From the NCBI GenBank assembly GCA_000091165.1, contig FP565575.1:2430001-2462000 (forward strand): a DNA stretch of 32,000 nucleotides, in the 5' to 3' direction. Source of the stretch: Candidatus Methylomirabilis oxygeniifera. GTDB taxonomy: Bacteria; Methylomirabilota; Methylomirabilia; Methylomirabilales; Methylomirabilaceae. Shown in pieces: positions 28,001-32,000 of the stretch. A program made the translations under genes and the position numbers. Each line of letters begins with the position of its first letter. The first letter of the stretch is position 1. Under the pieces are notes generated by a model that saw nothing but the letters and a program-made list of their open reading frames with translations, was not told where the DNA came from and made no database searches.

Positions 28001-29533
28001 ATGAATAAAATTCTCATCCTCGATTTCGGTTCGCAGTACACGCAGTTGATCGCCCGACGCGTCCGTGAACTGGGTGTCTACTGCGAGATCCATCCGTTCG
28101 ACCTGCCGCTAGACAACATCAAGGCGTTTAATCCAAAGGGGATCATTCTTTCCGGTAGTCCGGCCAGTGTCTACCAGCCGGACGCTCCCCTGTGCCGGCG
28201 CGAGATCATCGAGCAGGGCGTACCGGTCCTCGGGATCTGCTACGGGATGGGGGTGCTTGGACACTTCTATGGTGCCGTCTCGACCCGGGCAGCCAACCGA
28301 GAATATGGCCGGGCATCTCTGACGATCGACGACGATTCCGATCTCTTTGCCGGCCTCAACAATGGGCTCACTGTCTGGATGAGCCACGGCGACAAGCTTG
28401 AGGCGATGCCAGACACGTTTCGTCGCCTGGCCCACACGGCGAACGCGCCGTTTGCCGCGATTCGCCATCGAACCCAGCCGCTCTTTGCGGTCCAGTTTCA
28501 CCCGGAAGTTGCTCATACTGACAGCGGGAAGGCGATCCTCGGGAATTTTCTGTTCAAGGTCTGCGGCTGCGCCCACGATTGGGAGATGCATTCCTTCGCC
28601 GAGATGGCCATCGATCGGATTCGGCGTCGGGTGGGGGATCAGAGGGTGCTCTGCGCCCTGAGCGGGGGCGTCGACTCTTCGGTTGTCGCGCTGTTGGTTC
28701 ACCGGGCGATCGGTCCGAAGCTCACCTGCGTCTTCGTCGATAACGGTCTGCTCCGAAAGGGGGAAGCCGCCCAGGTGGAACAGGCCATGGGCGAGCACTT
28801 GGGCGTTCACCTGGTCTCGGTTGACGCGAGAGAACGATTCCTGACCCGGCTCAAAGGGATCATCGATCCGGAAGAGAAGCGGAAGATTATCGGTGCGGAG
28901 TTCATCGCCGTCTTTGAGGAAGAGTCCCGGCGGCTGGGGCGGTTCGACTTCCTCGCCCAAGGGACCCTCTACCCGGATGTCATCGAGAGCGTGTCGGTCA
29001 AGGGGCCTTCAGTCACCATCAAATCCCATCACAACGTGGGAGGCCTGCCGGAGCAGTTCGATTTTGAGTTGCTGGAGCCTTTGCGAGAGCTGTTCAAGGA
29101 TGAGGTGCGAGAGCTTGGACGAGAGCTCGGGCTGCCGGATGCCATTCTCTGGCGCCAGCCGTTCCCGGGGCCTGGCCTGGCTGTCAGAATTATCGACGAG
29201 ATAACGCAGGCGCGGCTGGACCTGCTCAGAGAGGCCGATGCCATCGTCGAGGCGGAGATCACTCGAGCGAAGCTGAATCGCGAATTATGGCAAGCGTTTG
29301 CCGTCCTGTTACCGATCAAAACGGTGGGGGTCATGGGCGATGAGCGGACATATGAGCATGTCGTCGCCATCCGGGCCGTCACCAGCCTCGACGGGATGAC
29401 GGCTGATTGGGCGCGGTTGCCGCATGACCTGCTCCAGGCGATCAGTAGCCGGATCATAAGTGAGGTCAAGGGGGTCAACCGCGTCGTCTACGACATCTCC
29501 TCCAAGCCCCCCAGCACCATCGAGTGGGAATAA
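28001..29533 (+). CDS. guaA: GMP synthase (glutamine-hydrolysing)
   Basis: [76 protein letters not shown]-terminal [17 protein letters not shown]. Confidence 0.97.
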   Translation: MNKILILDFGSQYTQLIARRVRELGVYCEIHPFDLPLDNIKAFNPKGIILSGSPASVYQPDAPLCRREIIEQGVPVLGICYGMGVLGHFYGAVSTRAANREYGRASLTIDDDSDLFAGLNNGLTVWMSHGDKLEAMPDTFRRLAHTANAPFAAIRHRTQPLFAVQFHPEVAHTDSGKAILGNFLFKVCGCAHDWEMHSFAEMAIDRIRRRVGDQRVLCALSGGVDSSVVALLVHRAIGPKLTCVFVDNGLLRKGEAAQVEQAMGEHLGVHLVSVDARERFLTRLKGIIDPEEKRKIIGAEFIAVFEEESRRLGRFDFLAQGTLYPDVIESVSVKGPSVTIKSHHNVGGLPEQFDFELLEPLRELFKDEVRELGRELGLPDAILWRQPFPGPGLAVRIIDEITQARLDLLREADAIVEAEITRAKLNRELWQAFAVLLPIKTVGVMGDERTYEHVVAIRAVTSLDGMTADWARLPHDLLQAISSRIISEVKGVNRVVYDISSKPPSTIEWE

Positions 29534-29594
29534 AAATAGGGTCTAGGGTTTAGGGTACAGGTCATAAGAGGCAACGCCGAGGCAGGGCAGAAGA

Positions 29595-29913
29595 TGATTA
29601 GCGAGCAGGTATTGAATCAAGCCCGGATCGTCTGGTCGCTCAATTTAAGCCCCACCGGATCATTCTCTTTGGCTCACAAGCGCGGGGGACTGCGGATGAG
29701 CGGAGTGACGTCGATCTCTTGGTGGTCTGCCAGTTTACGGGCAGCCGCCGGTCACTGATGGTAGCCATGGACCGGGCGCTTTCCGGGTTAGAGTTTGCGC
29801 GCGACGTGGTGATCCTTACCCCTGAGGAGTTTGAGCGTGACCGCTATATTCCTGGTACCGTGGCTCGCCCAGCCTTCCTGGAAGGAAGGGTGCTGTATGA
29901 GCATCCCGGATGA
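29595..29913 (+). pseudogene. MNT-type nucleotidyltransferase (antitoxin-like), frameshifted near its 5' end
   Basis: ATG at 29595 opens MISEQVLNQA. After a frame change the reading continues QFKPHRIILFGSQARGTADERSDVDLLVV...EFARDVVILTPEEFERDRYIPGTVARPAFLEGRVLYEHPG. Confidence 0.72.
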
Positions 29914-29941
29914 AGAGATTCGTCAAAAGGTGAACCAATGA
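29897..29941 (+). pseudogene. Truncated start of a HEPN-type partner gene
   Basis: Overlapping ATG gives MSIPDEEIRQKVNQ then TGA, a start typical of HEPN genes that follow MNT genes, with no continuing ORF. Confidence 0.45.
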
Positions 29942-30050
29942 AAGAGAGCGATTAGCATCATAAATGGGTCGAGTGGAGCGAAGAGGATCACACGCATATT
30001 GGGAAGTACCCTGATTTGATTTCTGTCGGCCAGCGCCTCGCAACGCTACC

Positions 30051-30386
30051 ATGGGTACGGGGTTACCGATGCACGAGATCGTACAAAACCGGAAGGAAGT
30101 CCTCGAACGCCTGAAATCAGCCGAGGCCGCAATCCGTGCGCTGGGAGTTCGGCGACTGGCGCTCTTTGGATCGTTTGTTCGAGAAACGGCGTCGCTCGAA
30201 AGCGATGTCGATGTTTTGGTCGAGTTCGAGCCAGAACGCAAAACATATGACCGATTTCTCGATCTCTCGGAACTCCTGGAGCGCCTGCTTGGACGTCGGG
30301 TTGAGATCGTGACGACCGAGTCGCTGAGTCCTTATCTTGGTGCTTACATCCTTTCCGAGGCCAGAGATGTCATTCGAGCCGCTTGA
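30051..30386 (+). CDS. MNT-domain nucleotidyltransferase, antitoxin of a HEPN/MNT pair (MntA-like); alternative start ATG 30069
   Basis: [57 protein letters not shown] contains GSF-x10-DxD of minimal nucleotidyltransferases. Confidence 0.88.
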   Translation: MGTGLPMHEIVQNRKEVLERLKSAEAAIRALGVRRLALFGSFVRETASLESDVDVLVEFEPERKTYDRFLDLSELLERLLGRRVEIVTTESLSPYLGAYILSEARDVIRAA

Positions 30387-30729
30387 GTACCTGCGTCACA
30401 TCCTGATCGAGGCAGACTATCTGGTCGAGCAGTGCGTATCGCTCAGCAAGGAGCAATTACTGGCCGACGAGACCTTACGCCGGGCGTTTGTACGCAGTCT
30501 GGAGATCATTGGTGAGGCTGCTAAGAAAGTGCCCGATGCGTTTCGTGAGCAACATCCGGAGGTAGAATGGCGGGCAATGGCCGGCATGCGCGACCGGCTG
30601 ATTCACGGGTACTTCGGTGTGGATTACGAGCTTGTGTGGGATGCCGTAAAGAACAAAGTGCCCGCGTTAAGGGGGCAAATCGGAAACATCCTCCGCGATG
30701 CGGATAGCCGTTCCACTTCTTCAGGCTGA
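30367..30729 (+). CDS. HEPN-domain toxin (DUF86 / HepT-like)
   Basis: [23 protein letters not shown]...[63 protein letters not shown] has the Rx4-6H motif (RDRLIH). Overlaps the MNT gene by 20 nt. Confidence 0.9.
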   Translation: MSFEPLEYLRHILIEADYLVEQCVSLSKEQLLADETLRRAFVRSLEIIGEAAKKVPDAFREQHPEVEWRAMAGMRDRLIHGYFGVDYELVWDAVKNKVPALRGQIGNILRDADSRSTSSG

Positions 30730-30803
30730 CGCAGAAACGACGCAGCTGAGCTTAGGCAAGAACACTACTCCCTAGACCATACGCCCTGATTTTCGGAGGC
30801 ATA

Positions 30804-32000
30804 ATGCACCATTCCGATTTCGTCCATCTGCACGTTCATACTCAGTATAGCCTCCTGGATGGGGCCTGCTCCCTGGAGACGCTGGTGGCCAAGGCGAAGG
30901 AGTATAAGATGCCCGCCTTGGCCATGACCGATCACGGCAACCTCTTCGGGGCGATCGACTTTTACACCCTGGCGATGAAGGAAGGGATAAAGCCGATCAT
31001 CGGCAGTGAGGTGTATATTGCCCCCGGCAGCCGTTTCGAGAAGTCCAATCAGGACAGCGGCTACGAAGGTGCCAGCCACATCACCCTGCTGGCCAAGGAC
31101 CAGGTCGGCTATCGGAATTTGATGAAGCTGGTGTCGGCCGGCTATCTGGAGGGGTTCTACTATAAGCCGCGAATCGACCGGGAGCTGTTCGCCCAACATT
31201 GTCAAGGCCTCATTGCCCTCTCCGGCTGCCTGAACAGCGAGGCGGCCAAAGCGCTGCTGGATGGGGACGAGGCGCGGGCCAAGGAGACTGTCGGTTGGTA
31301 CATGGATGCGCTGGGGCGCGAGAACTACTTTTTGGAGGTTCAGAACCACGGGATAGCGGAGCAGAAGACAGTCACTGACGGAGTCCTGCGGCTCGCCAAA
31401 GCATTCGACCTGCCGATTGTCGCCACCAACGACCTGCACTATCCCAGCAAAGAAGACGCGCGCGCCCATGAGGTGCTGCTCTGCATCCAGACCGGGAAGA
31501 CGATTCAGGACAAGGATCGCTGGCGCTTTTCCACCGATCAGTTCTACTTCAAATCGGCGGCGGAGATGAAGCAGATCTTTGCCGAGCTGCCGGAGGCGGT
31601 CAGGAACACCATTACTGTGGCCGAGCGGTGCAACCTCCAGCTCCAGTTCGGGCAGCTTCGCCTGCCCCGGTATCAGGTACCCGAAGGCCAGACCCTCGAG
31701 TCCTACCTGGCCCATCTGGCCTGGGAGGGACTGAAGATCCGATACCCGGACGCGAATGTCGAGGTTGAAGCGCGCCTGAAGTACGAGCTGGACGTTATCC
31801 AGAAGACCGGTTTCTCCGGTTACTTCCTGGTGGTCTGGGACTTCATCAAGTTCGCCAAAGATCGAGGGATCTCGGTCGGCCCCGGCCGTGGCTCCGCGGC
31901 CGCCTCGCTGGTCGCCTATTGCCTCAACATTACAAATATCGATCCGCTCCGGTACGGCCTGATCTTTGAGCGATTCCTGAACCCCGAACGGATTAGTATG
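30804..32000 (+). CDS. dnaE: DNA polymerase III alpha subunit, 5' part (runs off window end)
   Basis: Shine-Dalgarno GGAGG (30796-30800 region) then [71 protein letters not shown]...[64 protein letters not shown]. Absent from the ORF track because the frame has no stop in the window. Confidence 0.97.
   Translation, partial: MHHSDFVHLHVHTQYSLLDGACSLETLVAKAKEYKMPALAMTDHGNLFGAIDFYTLAMKEGIKPIIGSEVYIAPGSRFEKSNQDSGYEGASHITLLAKDQVGYRNLMKLVSAGYLEGFYYKPRIDRELFAQHCQGLIALSGCLNSEAAKALLDGDEARAKETVGWYMDALGRENYFLEVQNHGIAEQKTVTDGVLRLAKAFDLPIVATNDLHYPSKEDARAHEVLLCIQTGKTIQDKDRWRFSTDQFYFKSAAEMKQIFAELPEAVRNTITVAERCNLQLQFGQLRLPRYQVPEGQTLESYLAHLAWEGLKIRYPDANVEVEARLKYELDVIQKTGFSGYFLVVWDFIKFAKDRGISVGPGRGSAAASLVAYCLNITNIDPLRYGLIFERFLNPERISM

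Noticed and set aside
29539-29556. GGGTCTAGGGTTTAGGGT as a telomere-like repeat
   Set aside because: Only two to three degenerate units, inside a chromosome between core genes, so telomere function is not supported.
30765-31715. Long antisense ORF of 316 aa
   Set aside because: It is the reverse strand of dnaE, whose product is unambiguous. High-GC coding DNA often leaves open antisense frames.

Overview
High-GC bacterial chromosomal segment with a lower-GC accessory island inside it. Left flank: 3' end of an ArsR-type regulator, then a six-gene energy-converting-hydrogenase-like complex in the order hyfI-hyfB-hyfC-hyfE-hyfF-hyfG. Its catalytic large subunit lacks the expected Ni-binding CxxC motifs and no ferredoxin-type subunit is encoded, so it looks like an Ehr-type complex rather than a true hydrogenase. 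Island (~8.2-17.2 kb): a stand-alone pyrF-like gene behind an unusual regulatory region, a transposase remnant, and a tightly packed minus-strand trio made of a PHP-domain/SMC-like ATPase (TrlF-like), a type III Mod methyltransferase and a type III Res helicase-nuclease. This trio is the best candidate for an under-described defence system. The island edges carry similar dispersed repeats and an imperfect ~21-bp direct repeat. Right flank: NtrB-like histidine kinase and sigma54 response regulator, a 31-aa basic COX24/AURKAIP1-like microprotein missed by the ORF track, an ECF sigma/anti-sigma/Spy-like trio, an IS4-type transposase remnant, a tRNA nucleotidyltransferase, an M50 protease, trpS, guaB, guaA, one degenerate and one intact MNT/HEPN toxin-antitoxin pair, and the 5' part of dnaE. 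No CRISPR array, rRNA or tRNA was recognised.
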